52,988 nt of DNA from a virus. Lineage: Duplodnaviria > Caudoviricetes. Shown one piece after another: positions 17,056-26,156 of the stretch (the stretch's first letter is position 1; every line of letters begins with the position of its first letter). The notes under the pieces were generated by a model, which was not told the origin of the DNA, ran no database searches, and saw only the letters and a program-made list of their open reading frames with translations. The position numbers and the translations under genes were made by a program. The stretch spans positions 1-52,988 of the IMG/VR virus record IMGVR_UViG_3300046777_001138. One strand, written 5' to 3'.

Positions 17056-19023
17056 ATGCCATTCTGGCTCTGCGTACAAACATCGTTCACCCTGCAAGTA
17101 GCTTCACCTAATGCAGGGTATCCTTTTGTCGTCGAATCTGACGAATCCCCCGGTTACATCCGTGTTCTCGGGCCATTCGATACCGAAGAGCTTGCCAACG
17201 CTGCGAACATCGTTCCATTCAATCCTTTGGAGGCTCCTGCTGGACCTAACACTACCAAGGGATTCTACGCATATTGTGCGTACAATAGCAACACAAACAC
17301 CGCAGTAGTTGCGGAGTTTGACAATCCGCCAACAAGACTTATTGCTACCACAGCGTATGGTCCCTATGACACAGAGGAACTTGCTCAGGCTAAAGCTGAT
17401 ACGATGTTCTGTTCCAAATCGTTTACACCTGCGTTCGATGTATGCGATCCGACACCAAGAGCCAAGACTAACCCAGATCTTGAATGTTCCCTCGTCTGTT
17501 CCTCGCTTCAATGGCCACAGCAGTCAGGAACCATCCAAGTAAAGTTCTACGCTAATGTCTGTGGAGAGGATGATCCATTATCCTCACCATGCCTTGGCGG
17601 TATCTACCAGATCCCTTTGGGATGTGCCCCCAGCCTTGAGCCTGTCCAAGCAACCTGTTGGAATGGTTACACAGGTACATTCAATGTTGCCCTGATCACT
17701 GATCCACCAAGAGGATACACCCTGCGTATGTCAGGGACGATGTGTATTGACCCAGACTCTAACTTTGTGACCGTCTCAGTGGCCCTAGAACGGCTTGTGA
17801 ATCCAGTTGACCTAGATCCCAACAATCCACCCGATCTGCCCGTATGGTCCAATTGTGGGTCATTTGGAGGCAGGATACCGATTACGACTCCACAACCCGA
17901 CAAAACAAAGAACAGGATCTATGTTTCTGATCTGGAAGGATTCAACCCATCCTGTGCAGGACTCTCAGGCTGTGTACAGTATGTACAGTACTCAGTCTTC
18001 CTGATTCCTCAACAGTTCGGATGTGATGGTACGGCTAACGGTGGACCGCTGACTACCAACCGCTGTAACATGTCAACGAACATGCACGCTTACTCGTGTA
18101 TGTCAGCGTTGATTGAACCGTTGGCAGTAAGTCCTGTCCCAGCGTTCAGGGCACAGTTTGTACAGATGGGTGCTAACGCTACGACTTCGACAGAGGAACA
18201 TGGGTGTTTCTATGTCACACAGCCAACAGCCGGAAACTATGTTGCGGATCCCTCCCCCAAGTTCTTTTCCGCTAATAGCATCGGAGGATGTGGGTGCCCT
18301 AGTGACGATGTGGTTGGGGCTACCCAGCAGATTCAGTTCGGGAAAGCAGCGGGATTTCAGGTATTCGTCAAGCGAGTTAATGGCGGCTCATTTTGCGTCG
18401 GTATGCGCCGGGGTGATAGCGACACTTGGGTAGTTAAGTCTGGAGCAGACATTACCCACATTCAGGACTCGATCCCGTATGTAGATGTGATTCAGTTTTC
18501 CACATTCAACGCTAAGTTGACGATCTACATGCTTCAGTTTCCATCTCCTGAGATTGCAGGATGCTACAATGGAAATGAGCATCCTCCGACTACAGGACCT
18601 TGGCCTTACATTGAAGACGATGCGTTAGTATACGATCCGTCTGATTCCAGTTATTTAGTCTTTGGTGCTGACGGTTCTGAACTGAAGCCATACGATATCA
18701 TTGTCTGGCAGAAGGCTCCAGTCATGATGGATGCTCCAGCGATGGCTATGGAAGAACCGATATCCAAGCCAGTAGCCAAAAAGCCTCTCAAACTGACTCA
18801 CTCGGTATGGACCGAGAGGATGAGAGAGCCTTGCATCTACGCTGGGAAAGAGATTGAGACCGTTGCTGGATGTGGATGTTCTGGTAAGCCTATGAAGGAA
18901 TGTTCCAAGTTCGGAGTATGTCGTACATCCGGCGTAGATTGGGACACTAGATCAAATGAGCCTACCCACATGAATCCGATTCAATTATGTTTGAAGTGTG
19001 ACGATTATACGAGGAGAAGTTAA
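17056..19023 (+). CDS. Large Cys-rich probable tail-tip/fibre protein
   Basis: 655 aa with many Cys; internal repeat GPFDTEELA/GPYDTEELA; C-terminal GCGC...CSKFGVC...CLKC cluster. Confidence 0.6.
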   Translation: MPFWLCVQTSFTLQVASPNAGYPFVVESDESPGYIRVLGPFDTEELANAANIVPFNPLEAPAGPNTTKGFYAYCAYNSNTNTAVVAEFDNPPTRLIATTAYGPYDTEELAQAKADTMFCSKSFTPAFDVCDPTPRAKTNPDLECSLVCSSLQWPQQSGTIQVKFYANVCGEDDPLSSPCLGGIYQIPLGCAPSLEPVQATCWNGYTGTFNVALITDPPRGYTLRMSGTMCIDPDSNFVTVSVALERLVNPVDLDPNNPPDLPVWSNCGSFGGRIPITTPQPDKTKNRIYVSDLEGFNPSCAGLSGCVQYVQYSVFLIPQQFGCDGTANGGPLTTNRCNMSTNMHAYSCMSALIEPLAVSPVPAFRAQFVQMGANATTSTEEHGCFYVTQPTAGNYVADPSPKFFSANSIGGCGCPSDDVVGATQQIQFGKAAGFQVFVKRVNGGSFCVGMRRGDSDTWVVKSGADITHIQDSIPYVDVIQFSTFNAKLTIYMLQFPSPEIAGCYNGNEHPPTTGPWPYIEDDALVYDPSDSSYLVFGADGSELKPYDIIVWQKAPVMMDAPAMAMEEPISKPVAKKPLKLTHSVWTERMREPCIYAGKEIETVAGCGCSGKPMKECSKFGVCRTSGVDWDTRSNEPTHMNPIQLCLKCDDYTRRS

Positions 19024-19578
19024 GTGGGAACACCTCTTAGACCAGACGAACTTGCTGATGTAACAGCGACTACAGCCGACTATCTAGTCGTAACACCCAC
19101 GGGAGGGCCAGCAGGACGCTCTACAATCGCAGATGTCCTTGCCCTTGGCTCAGGAGGTGTGTCAAGCCTTAACAGCCTTACAGGGGCACTCAGTATCGTT
19201 GCAGGGACCAATGTGACAGTGACCCCTGCTGGGTCAAACATTACTATCGCTGCCTCTGGTGGTTCCTCAGCGCCGACTGTAAATGCGCAGACTGGCACGA
19301 CCTACACCCTTGTTCTCGGCGATGCAAACAATAGGGTAACGCTGAGTAATACATCCGGTATCACGGTAACTATTCCACCGAACAGTTCTGTAGCCTTTCC
19401 TGTCGGTACTGGAGTAGATCTTGTTCAATTGAACACTGGGCAGGTTACTGTAGCACCGGGATCAGGTGTTACTTTAAATGGTACACCCGGGTTGAAACTA
19501 CGGGCTAGGTACTCAGGATGTAGCATCATTCAGACTGCTGCGAACACATGGGTACTTGTGGGGGATTCCACTCCATGA
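19024..19578 (+). CDS. Tail fibre / fibre-like protein
   Basis: GVSSLNSLTGALSIVAGTNVT and AQTGTTYTLVLGDA...VTIPPNSSVAFPVG...WVLVGD, modules typical of phage fibres. Confidence 0.75.
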   Translation: MGTPLRPDELADVTATTADYLVVTPTGGPAGRSTIADVLALGSGGVSSLNSLTGALSIVAGTNVTVTPAGSNITIAASGGSSAPTVNAQTGTTYTLVLGDANNRVTLSNTSGITVTIPPNSSVAFPVGTGVDLVQLNTGQVTVAPGSGVTLNGTPGLKLRARYSGCSIIQTAANTWVLVGDSTP

Positions 19579-20003
19579 ACATTGGCCTTTGGACTCCACA
19601 TGCCCAGATTACATTATGCCCGGGTGGATTCGGTACGCCGACTACACAGACTCGGATGCACTATACAGCGTCGGAACGCCCTGATGTACCGTACATCGTT
19701 GGTGGATGCCTATCAACGCTTGTAGCTGGCAATGATGCCTTAGGCTCATTCCAGAACGCACAGCTAGCGATACCATTCACCATGATCTCAGCAGGGCACA
19801 TCCAAGTGACGCTGACTGTAGGAGGAACCTACTCGTTCCAGCCTACGGTTCAGATCAATGGTACGACATACCTGTCTGCTGCTGGTAATGTTACTGTAGC
19901 TGTATCCGCTGGAAGTAATACTTTAAACTTTTCCATCACACCAGTGGCACCCGGTACAGTGCCTGCTGATGGGATAGCGATAACAGCGATTCTTGGTTTC
20001 TAG
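19575..20003 (+). CDS. Probable tail-fibre-associated protein
   Basis: ATGA overlap with the fibre gene; Thr/Gly beta-rich. Confidence 0.6.
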   Translation: MNIGLWTPHAQITLCPGGFGTPTTQTRMHYTASERPDVPYIVGGCLSTLVAGNDALGSFQNAQLAIPFTMISAGHIQVTLTVGGTYSFQPTVQINGTTYLSAAGNVTVAVSAGSNTLNFSITPVAPGTVPADGIAITAILGF

Positions 20004-20021
20004 TTTAAATAGGAGGATGCG

Positions 20022-20231
20022 ATGAGTTCAATGCCTGATTGTCTATTTGAGCGTGAACTTGAACTAATGCGAGAAACAATTCGTGAAACGTGTAGAAATG
20101 ATTTCTTAGCTGAACTTGTCCATAGATATGATCAGAAAGTATACGATCTATCTACTGCTTACGAATACATTAAACGATTAGACGACCCAGATAGGAATAT
20201 GAGGGGAGTCACCCATGTAATTACCTATTAA
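20022..20231 (+). CDS. Small hypothetical protein (last + strand gene)
   Basis: RBS AGGAGG; converges with the - strand block. Confidence 0.65.
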   Translation: MSSMPDCLFERELELMRETIRETCRNDFLAELVHRYDQKVYDLSTAYEYIKRLDDPDRNMRGVTHVITY

Positions 20232-20584
20232 GCCTTACTGTTCTTAATCATGGCATGGATCTCGGTCAGCTTGGTACCGTGATCCTCAGTCCTCTTGTCC
20301 ACCGTATCAATCTTCTCCAGCGCACGAGTAAGCCTCATTCCTTCAGGCTTCCATTCCAATTGATTTTCAAGTATCCTTGTAGTCGCAGCAGCTACGCTGG
20401 CTAATGTATTCGATGCTTGATCCAGATACGATATGTGTCGTTCAGCAAGTGGCTTGATAACTTCAATGCCAAGCCACTTTAAACTAACCACGAAGACATA
20501 CAAAGCCACGAGAATGCCTACAGCAGGAAGCCCGATCTCTTTGACAGCGGAGACCAGATCTACGAGTTGCATGTCATTCTCCAT
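20228..20584 (-). CDS. Membrane protein with coiled-coil tail (holin/spanin-like candidate)
   Basis: TM segment IGLPAVGILVALYVFVVSL; last gene of the late operon. Confidence 0.55.
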   Translation of the reverse strand: MENDMQLVDLVSAVKEIGLPAVGILVALYVFVVSLKWLGIEVIKPLAERHISYLDQASNTLASVAAATTRILENQLEWKPEGMRLTRALEKIDTVDKRTEDHGTKLTEIHAMIKNSKA

Positions 20585-20592
20585 GTATACAC

Positions 20593-20892
20593 CTAAGAGA
20601 TGTAGTTGGCCAAGATCTTCAGCGCCAGTTTGATTGCTACAGAAATGACGATACCAGAGATCAAGCCTTGCTTCATCTCGTTGGCTTCGATCAGCGCAAG
20701 AATAGCTTCCTCTTCAGAAACATTCTCTGCACCTACAAGTTTCTCGGTAGGAATGAATTTGTTCAGGCCATAGCCTGCAACATTCCAAGCTACATGAACA
20801 AGGTCTGCTACAGGAACATCCTTGCCACGAACCTTGTCCAGAAGAAGCATCAAACCTTCTGTAGGTAATTCAACAGGATACGGTACTAACAT
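20593..20892 (-). CDS. Small membrane-associated protein (lysis-cassette candidate)
   Basis: C-terminal hydrophobic helix GLISGIVISVAIKLALKIL. Confidence 0.55.
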   Translation of the reverse strand: MLVPYPVELPTEGLMLLLDKVRGKDVPVADLVHVAWNVAGYGLNKFIPTEKLVGAENVSEEEAILALIEANEMKQGLISGIVISVAIKLALKILANYIS

Positions 20893-20902
20893 TATAAGCC
20901 CC

Positions 20903-21811
20903 TTAGTAATTTAAGCCAGAGTAATCTAGCTTGTTCTGTTTGAACCCATCAATTCCAGAATACGCCCAACTGTCTCCTTGCCTCAAGATGTAGTTAGCAT
21001 CATCAAAACTGATCCAGAAACACGCACCATTAGGCATATCCACCATAGGACCGGACGCTGAGTTTGGACCCCAGCTATTAACAACCAAAACACCCGGTCG
21101 TTTACCTTTTCGATCCTTGTATGCAATCATGGCCATGGAGTGATTCCATACGCCACTACGCCGACAGAAGCCCTCTTTGTCACGGGTCTGAGTGAACCCA
21201 GCGTTGGATGCGATCTGAATGGCATAGCCAGCCGATATAGCTGCAACCAACTGGTCAATGGTTTTGACCTGAGTAACAGTCTTAATCAGATGCTTTTTGC
21301 CCGATTCGAGCAGGGACTTTGGAGGCCCTTCGGATCCCCACTTTCTCGCTTGAGCTTCGGTGTACACCCCTGCTTCCTCAGCGGAGACGATACCGTATTG
21401 CTGAGAGAACTTAGCACACCAGACAGCGTTTGAGCCATCACCACGGAAGGGAGGACGACCAGAACCGCCGATAAGTACCCTACTGCCCCCATAGACATAA
21501 CTTGGCGAAAGTAGCTTCCATGTTTCCCTGTCGCCATTGTCAATCTCCACAGCGGCTGTTACTTGTGCAGCATTAGTCCACCCAAAACCACAACAGGATC
21601 CAACTGCACCCTGATTCAACGCCGGGAGGGGCTTTCCAGTGACCTTTTCCACACTCTTGAAGAGGAGGACAGTATCCGGGGCTTCTTCTGCACCGTAGAT
21701 CGGTACATCTGAAAACTCTGGATATTGGAGTGTTTCCTTGAAGGCCTCAACGACCCCTTCTTCAGGAGCAACCCAACCATTATCAACAGGAAGTGCGTAT
21801 TCATCTGACAT
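20903..21811 (-). CDS. Papain-like (C1 family) cysteine peptidase
   Basis: NQGAVGSCCGFG (Q and catalytic C), WNHSMAMIAY (H), VVNSWG (N). Confidence 0.9.
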   Translation of the reverse strand: MSDEYALPVDNGWVAPEEGVVEAFKETLQYPEFSDVPIYGAEEAPDTVLLFKSVEKVTGKPLPALNQGAVGSCCGFGWTNAAQVTAAVEIDNGDRETWKLLSPSYVYGGSRVLIGGSGRPPFRGDGSNAVWCAKFSQQYGIVSAEEAGVYTEAQARKWGSEGPPKSLLESGKKHLIKTVTQVKTIDQLVAAISAGYAIQIASNAGFTQTRDKEGFCRRSGVWNHSMAMIAYKDRKGKRPGVLVVNSWGPNSASGPMVDMPNGACFWISFDDANYILRQGDSWAYSGIDGFKQNKLDYSGLNY

Positions 21812-22359
21812 TACTTCACCGGGCCTTTCAACGCTGAGACAACATCTTTTAACACACCTGTCAGTTCCTCAACGCTATTCGCATTCTGGTTACTCAGCCA
21901 GTCACCAAACTTGAACCCCTTAGCGTACTCACCGAACTTAGCGGCATTGAGATTGACAGCAAGAGCCTCAACCATTTGAGGATGAGACCAACCAAGTCCA
22001 CCGGCTTGACCGATTATAGACTCAATCACCGGAACAGCCACCTTACCGGCATCAATCCTTTTCTGAGCATCGGGAACCGACTTGATGAAGATGTTGAGAA
22101 AGTCCTTTGCCCTATCATTCAACTCATCTTCCACAGGAACAGGCGTAGGAGGGATAGGCGCTGGAGGAACAGGTTTTACATCCGGAGCAGCAGAGTCCTT
22201 CGCTAGGAAGATAATAACCCCACCATTGACGATCTTGACCCCGGTAGGCAAGACCGAGATCTGTGCCTGAGTCTTGATCTCAATAGTAGACTTGGATGCA
22301 GGGTCCACTACAATCGTAGTCTGTCCAATCAGCAACAAAGCAAGTAGAGCGTTCATCAT
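21811..22359 (-). CDS. Exported protein with Pro-rich linker
   Basis: Signal-like MNALLALLLIGQ; PDVKPVPPAPIPPTPVP. Confidence 0.7.
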   Translation of the reverse strand: MMNALLALLLIGQTTIVVDPASKSTIEIKTQAQISVLPTGVKIVNGGVIIFLAKDSAAPDVKPVPPAPIPPTPVPVEDELNDRAKDFLNIFIKSVPDAQKRIDAGKVAVPVIESIIGQAGGLGWSHPQMVEALAVNLNAAKFGEYAKGFKFGDWLSNQNANSVEELTGVLKDVVSALKGPVK

Positions 22360-22364
22360 TTCTC

Positions 22365-22658
22365 CTAGAAGTTGGAAGCAGTCACAGTAAACCCAGACTC
22401 ATTTAAAGCCTCAAGTGTCCCCGTACCACTCCATTGGAAGTAATATTGTCCAGCAAATGCGGGAGTGTACAAAATGTAATAACATCCTGTGGAAGTCTTT
22501 ACGACTTCAGGATCGGTTACATACACATAAGTATCAACTGCACCACCTGACAATCGAATCTTGACCGTCACCGTGGTGGGATCTACAAATGTACCGCTAA
22601 CATTGTAAAATGCCCCAGACAGCAACACCGGAGATCCAACTACATAATTCTGAGCCAT
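22365..22658 (-). CDS. Ig-like probable virion protein
   Basis: RBS GGAGG; DPTTVTVKI...STGCYYILYTP...GQYYFQWSGTG. Confidence 0.65.
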   Translation of the reverse strand: MAQNYVVGSPVLLSGAFYNVSGTFVDPTTVTVKIRLSGGAVDTYVYVTDPEVVKTSTGCYYILYTPAFAGQYYFQWSGTGTLEALNESGFTVTASNF

Positions 22659-22659
22659 G

Positions 22660-22923
22660 TTAGACCTCCAAGGAAGATTGTAAACCGTTAAGATCATTCA
22701 GCGTGGGACCAAGAATGGATCCAACCGCACAGACCACATTCAGGTTCATACTGTTCGTACACACGACATAACCGTAGGGTAGGACTACACCAGCAGCAGA
22801 CCCTGCGAACGCTGTGCTAGTCTGCGTAGACCAGCCAGCATTCACGATGTTAGTCGTAGTACCGGATGGCGCTGACGAAGTTGATGTAGCCCAGTCAGCG
22901 GTAACTGTAACGCTGATAGACAT
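22660..22923 (-). CDS. Ser/Thr-rich hypothetical virion protein
   Basis: Coupled ORF in the late operon. Confidence 0.6.
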   Translation of the reverse strand: MSISVTVTADWATSTSSAPSGTTTNIVNAGWSTQTSTAFAGSAAGVVLPYGYVVCTNSMNLNVVCAVGSILGPTLNDLNGLQSSLEV

Positions 22924-23342
22924 TAGTTTTGTACTCGCAGATTGGTGCTAACCGTTACAGCAAAGGTCCCACCGCTGGAAGATTGGTTGGTCGTGAAGTC
23001 AATACACCCAACCAATTCGTCGGCGGAAGCAGCACCACCACGGTTCTTATAGATTACACCGTAACGAGCCGTAATCGTTGAAGTAGTCCATGAGGTGACC
23101 GTAGCAGAGATCTCTTGCCTATCGTTTGTGTTATCAACGCTAAGTATGGTAAGAGCGCAAGCATTACCACCAGCGGTATACCCAGTGCCTGTAACCTCGT
23201 TCGTAATGTCCGAACGCTTACTATGATCCTTATCCGGAGTGTACGACGATGTAGTAAGCATCATTTTGAAGCTGTCTGAAGACACATTAACATTACTGTT
23301 AAAGACATCGTTGTAGAACGAATTGTATACAATGCTGGCCAT
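22923..23342 (-). CDS. Probable virion structural protein
   Basis: FKMMLTTSSYTP...NEVTGTGYTAGG...ITARYGVIY...LVGCIDF, a common phage structural pattern. Confidence 0.75.
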   Translation of the reverse strand: MASIVYNSFYNDVFNSNVNVSSDSFKMMLTTSSYTPDKDHSKRSDITNEVTGTGYTAGGNACALTILSVDNTNDRQEISATVTSWTTSTITARYGVIYKNRGGAASADELVGCIDFTTNQSSSGGTFAVTVSTNLRVQN

Positions 23343-23482
23343 TACTTGGAGCCTTTCTTGTTAGACTTTCCAGACTTGGATAATGCAATTGCGATTGCTT
23401 GCCGTTGAGGCTTACCGGCTTTCATTTCAGTCTTGATGTTAGCCGATATTACTTTGTTTGAGTTTCCCTTTTTGAGAGGCAT
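23342..23482 (-). CDS. Small basic phage protein (46 aa, not in ORF track)
   Basis: [36 protein letters not shown]; RBS AGGAG. Confidence 0.75.
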   Translation of the reverse strand: MPLKKGNSNKVISANIKTEMKAGKPQRQAIAIALSKSGKSNKKGSK

Positions 23483-23490
23483 TGTAGCTC

Positions 23491-24063
23491 CTATGGAAGT
23501 TCTTGTGGGATTTGTTGCAATCCTAGTGCATCAAGGCAATTCTGCCAATCCCACGGAGTCAGCGCAGAATGTTCGAGACCATCATTTGATGATTCCAAAA
23601 AGCTCCCCTGATAGCTGACCTTCCAAAACTTCACCCCTGGAGCGGCAGCAATCCCACTTCCAAGCAGCTCCAACCGGTCGGTATCGGTGATATTGAGTGT
23701 CGTTCCGTAATGGGTAAAAGGTGCCGAGCCCGTAACGGAAAGCCCGACGCCAACGGAGAGCGGATTGGCAGGATCCCGTTTGGCCCCATTGGGTAAAGGA
23801 ACCGCAGCGTCAAGAGCGGCGAAGGCCTGTGCGAGTGCATCGCTGGCAACAATGACAAAGAGTCGATTAAAAACAAACTCTTCCGATCCAAGCACAGTCA
23901 AGAATGGCCAGACGGTTTTATCCGCCTGATTCCACTCTTCCGCCGAGATAAACCAAACGCCGACTGCATCCTGAATTGGATTAAAAAAGGAATCAGGCGC
24001 AAACTGTTGACCACGCAGTTGAGCCGCTTGCGCTTCTGTTACGGGATAGACAACTTGCGGCAT
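23491..24063 (-). CDS. Hypothetical protein coupled to 24063..24881
   Basis: TAATG coupling; [18 protein letters not shown]. Confidence 0.7.
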   Translation of the reverse strand: MPQVVYPVTEAQAAQLRGQQFAPDSFFNPIQDAVGVWFISAEEWNQADKTVWPFLTVLGSEEFVFNRLFVIVASDALAQAFAALDAAVPLPNGAKRDPANPLSVGVGLSVTGSAPFTHYGTTLNITDTDRLELLGSGIAAAPGVKFWKVSYQGSFLESSNDGLEHSALTPWDWQNCLDALGLQQIPQELP

Positions 24064-24881
24064 TAGACATTCCTCCCAAGGGTGGTCTGGTATGCCTGAA
24101 CAAGAGTGTAAAGGTTGTCACAATCTCCAGAAGTCAGGCCATTGCCAACGAAAGAAAGCCGGTGCTCAATCGGTGAATATTGAGCCGCTGTGCCGGATTG
24201 ATTCCTTGCGCCGATAAAAAACGGATAATTGTGTCTTGTGTTTGAGCCAGCGCCATTGGTTGTTTTTGTGCCACGAATCGAAACAATAGAAGAGCTTGCT
24301 CCGTTCCTTGTCCCAAAAATAAAACCTAAAGTGCTAGCGTTAGAAACGGTTATTTGAACTCCATTGTTTTGAAGAATAAATATTGCGGAGTCGCCCGCTT
24401 CTCTAGGCCCAATTATGTCATAGGTTGCGGTGTCCGTGCATCCTATTGGTTGTTTTGCCGAACCCGCCGCAACAGAAGTGCCACCATAAAACCCAAACGA
24501 CTCGCTATTCGTGGAAAGATTGGAGAGTGGAGAAAGGAAGGTGTTGGCATAGCCATTGGTGCCGTTGGGGAGCGCACCCGTAGATGAGTGTGTCCACCCA
24601 CCTGAGAAGGTTAAACGAAAAGCTGCGTCCAGATCCCTAGGGTCTTTCAGGTTGTACTTGTGCGTCGTCGCTGTCCCGCCCACCATGGGATAAAACGCCA
24701 ACATTTTCGACCAAATCGAGTTGCTTTTCAGGTCCAGCACGAGCTGATTGACTGCGGTCTTTTGGGTTGGATTTGTAATACCAGTTGCAGTAAAAAAAGC
24801 AACAGCATCTGGGTCATACGCCACCGACGAAGTACCACTCGTGGTAGACGAATAGCCAACTCTAAGTAGTGGTAAGCCCAT
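24063..24881 (-). CDS. Probable lectin/LamG-like virion (receptor-binding) protein
   Basis: YDPDAVAFFTATGIT...LVLDLKSNSIWSKM...FFIGARN...VQAYQTTLGRNV. Confidence 0.6.
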   Translation of the reverse strand: MGLPLLRVGYSSTTSGTSSVAYDPDAVAFFTATGITNPTQKTAVNQLVLDLKSNSIWSKMLAFYPMVGGTATTHKYNLKDPRDLDAAFRLTFSGGWTHSSTGALPNGTNGYANTFLSPLSNLSTNSESFGFYGGTSVAAGSAKQPIGCTDTATYDIIGPREAGDSAIFILQNNGVQITVSNASTLGFIFGTRNGASSSIVSIRGTKTTNGAGSNTRHNYPFFIGARNQSGTAAQYSPIEHRLSFVGNGLTSGDCDNLYTLVQAYQTTLGRNV

Positions 24882-24903
24882 TTAGTTTATCCTTCGGAAT
24901 ACT

Positions 24904-24915
24904 ACACTATAAGCA
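24904..24915 (-). promoter_or_regulatory. Candidate late-promoter motif TGCTTATAGTGT
   Basis: Identical 12-mer at 36951-36962; both copies are intergenic. Confidence 0.55.
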
Positions 24916-24917
24916 GG

Positions 24918-26153
24918 TTAGACTAATAGACTTCCAATCTGCTGATAAGTATACGCTGGATCTTGAAAAAGTAATTGGTGAGGAAATGACGGATACAGCG
25001 ACGGTGTACCGTTTGTAGTTGATATTAAAGGCCCACCAATCTTTACTTGTGCTGATGTATACATGGCAGGATACCAATACCCATCCCTTGCGTTTGGGAC
25101 TAAGTTATTACCTCTAGGTATAAACGCACCTCTGCTCTTTAAACCGGCGACAGGATCTTTATCTTCATTTCTTCTTCGAGGATCCCTATAAATAAACATC
25201 AACTCAAGATCGCATAACCTAGATGGAGTTAGAGTGTTGGAAGCGGTAATAGGAGGAAATGGTCTGTTGTAAATCTGCTTTGTCTTTGCACCTACATACA
25301 ACAATGTACCAGCAGGCCAATTATCAAAACTAGTCTGATTTACAGTCCCTTGCGCCAAGTCTAAGATTGAAAATCCCGCTGGTGGGCCAAATACTTTTGT
25401 TACATCAGGACCTGTAAGCCATTCGTAAGGCACCCCGTACCAAGTGTAAACAACCTTTGCTCCGGGTCTAAGTTGATGCACATTACCTTTACCAGCGGGC
25501 AATCCTTGCACATTGGCATTATTAGACCACATCACATATTGACCCATTTCCGCCGACAAAAATTGACCCTCAATCTCGTAAGTCTTTGTGCAAAATCTTT
25601 TCCACTCGTTCCAAACAGGAATGCTAGCTTTGTTTGGTTTTGTGGAATCAGTATTCTGCGGTAAAAAGAAATCTACTTCATCTGTGTTTGTAATTTGATC
25701 GTCCGTAGCAACAAGATAGGACCTTTGGGAATATTCTGAGTTTACTACATATTCCCTGTATCTTGGCCACAATGGGGCTGTTTTTTGTTTTAGATCACTG
25801 GACGCTATGAGTGTACCATTACCATTCTTTCCCTCAAATTGGTCACACATAACATAGGCTTGACCAGAAATACCGGAGATAGCCGTAGCGTACAACCAAG
25901 GCATATACGCATGTGCAAGAGGAGGTACACGGTTTAGTTTACCAAACCCAGCAGATCCACCCGGATAACCTCCAATAGTGTCCCCAAGAATTGTGTAAAT
26001 AAGCGATGGAAGTGCTTGTTCAGATACATGCATTGTCATGGTTGCTTTTGCATCAACCGTAGACAATTGAATTGTATCTTTACTTGTCGGGCCGATAGGA
26101 GTAAGACAGAACCTAAGTTCATCTTGGGTCAACTGCCTATATTGCATTTCCAT
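24918..26153 (-). CDS. Distal tail / baseplate-hub-type protein
   Basis: Immediately downstream of the tape measure gene; 411 aa. Confidence 0.6.
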   Translation of the reverse strand: MEMQYRQLTQDELRFCLTPIGPTSKDTIQLSTVDAKATMTMHVSEQALPSLIYTILGDTIGGYPGGSAGFGKLNRVPPLAHAYMPWLYATAISGISGQAYVMCDQFEGKNGNGTLIASSDLKQKTAPLWPRYREYVVNSEYSQRSYLVATDDQITNTDEVDFFLPQNTDSTKPNKASIPVWNEWKRFCTKTYEIEGQFLSAEMGQYVMWSNNANVQGLPAGKGNVHQLRPGAKVVYTWYGVPYEWLTGPDVTKVFGPPAGFSILDLAQGTVNQTSFDNWPAGTLLYVGAKTKQIYNRPFPPITASNTLTPSRLCDLELMFIYRDPRRRNEDKDPVAGLKSRGAFIPRGNNLVPNARDGYWYPAMYTSAQVKIGGPLISTTNGTPSLYPSFPHQLLFQDPAYTYQQIGSLLV

Positions 26154-26156
26154 GGA

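Noticed and set aside
14490-20003. Diversity-generating retroelement or invertible tail cassette
   Set aside because: No reverse transcriptase, template/variable repeat pair, invertase or flanking inverted repeats seen
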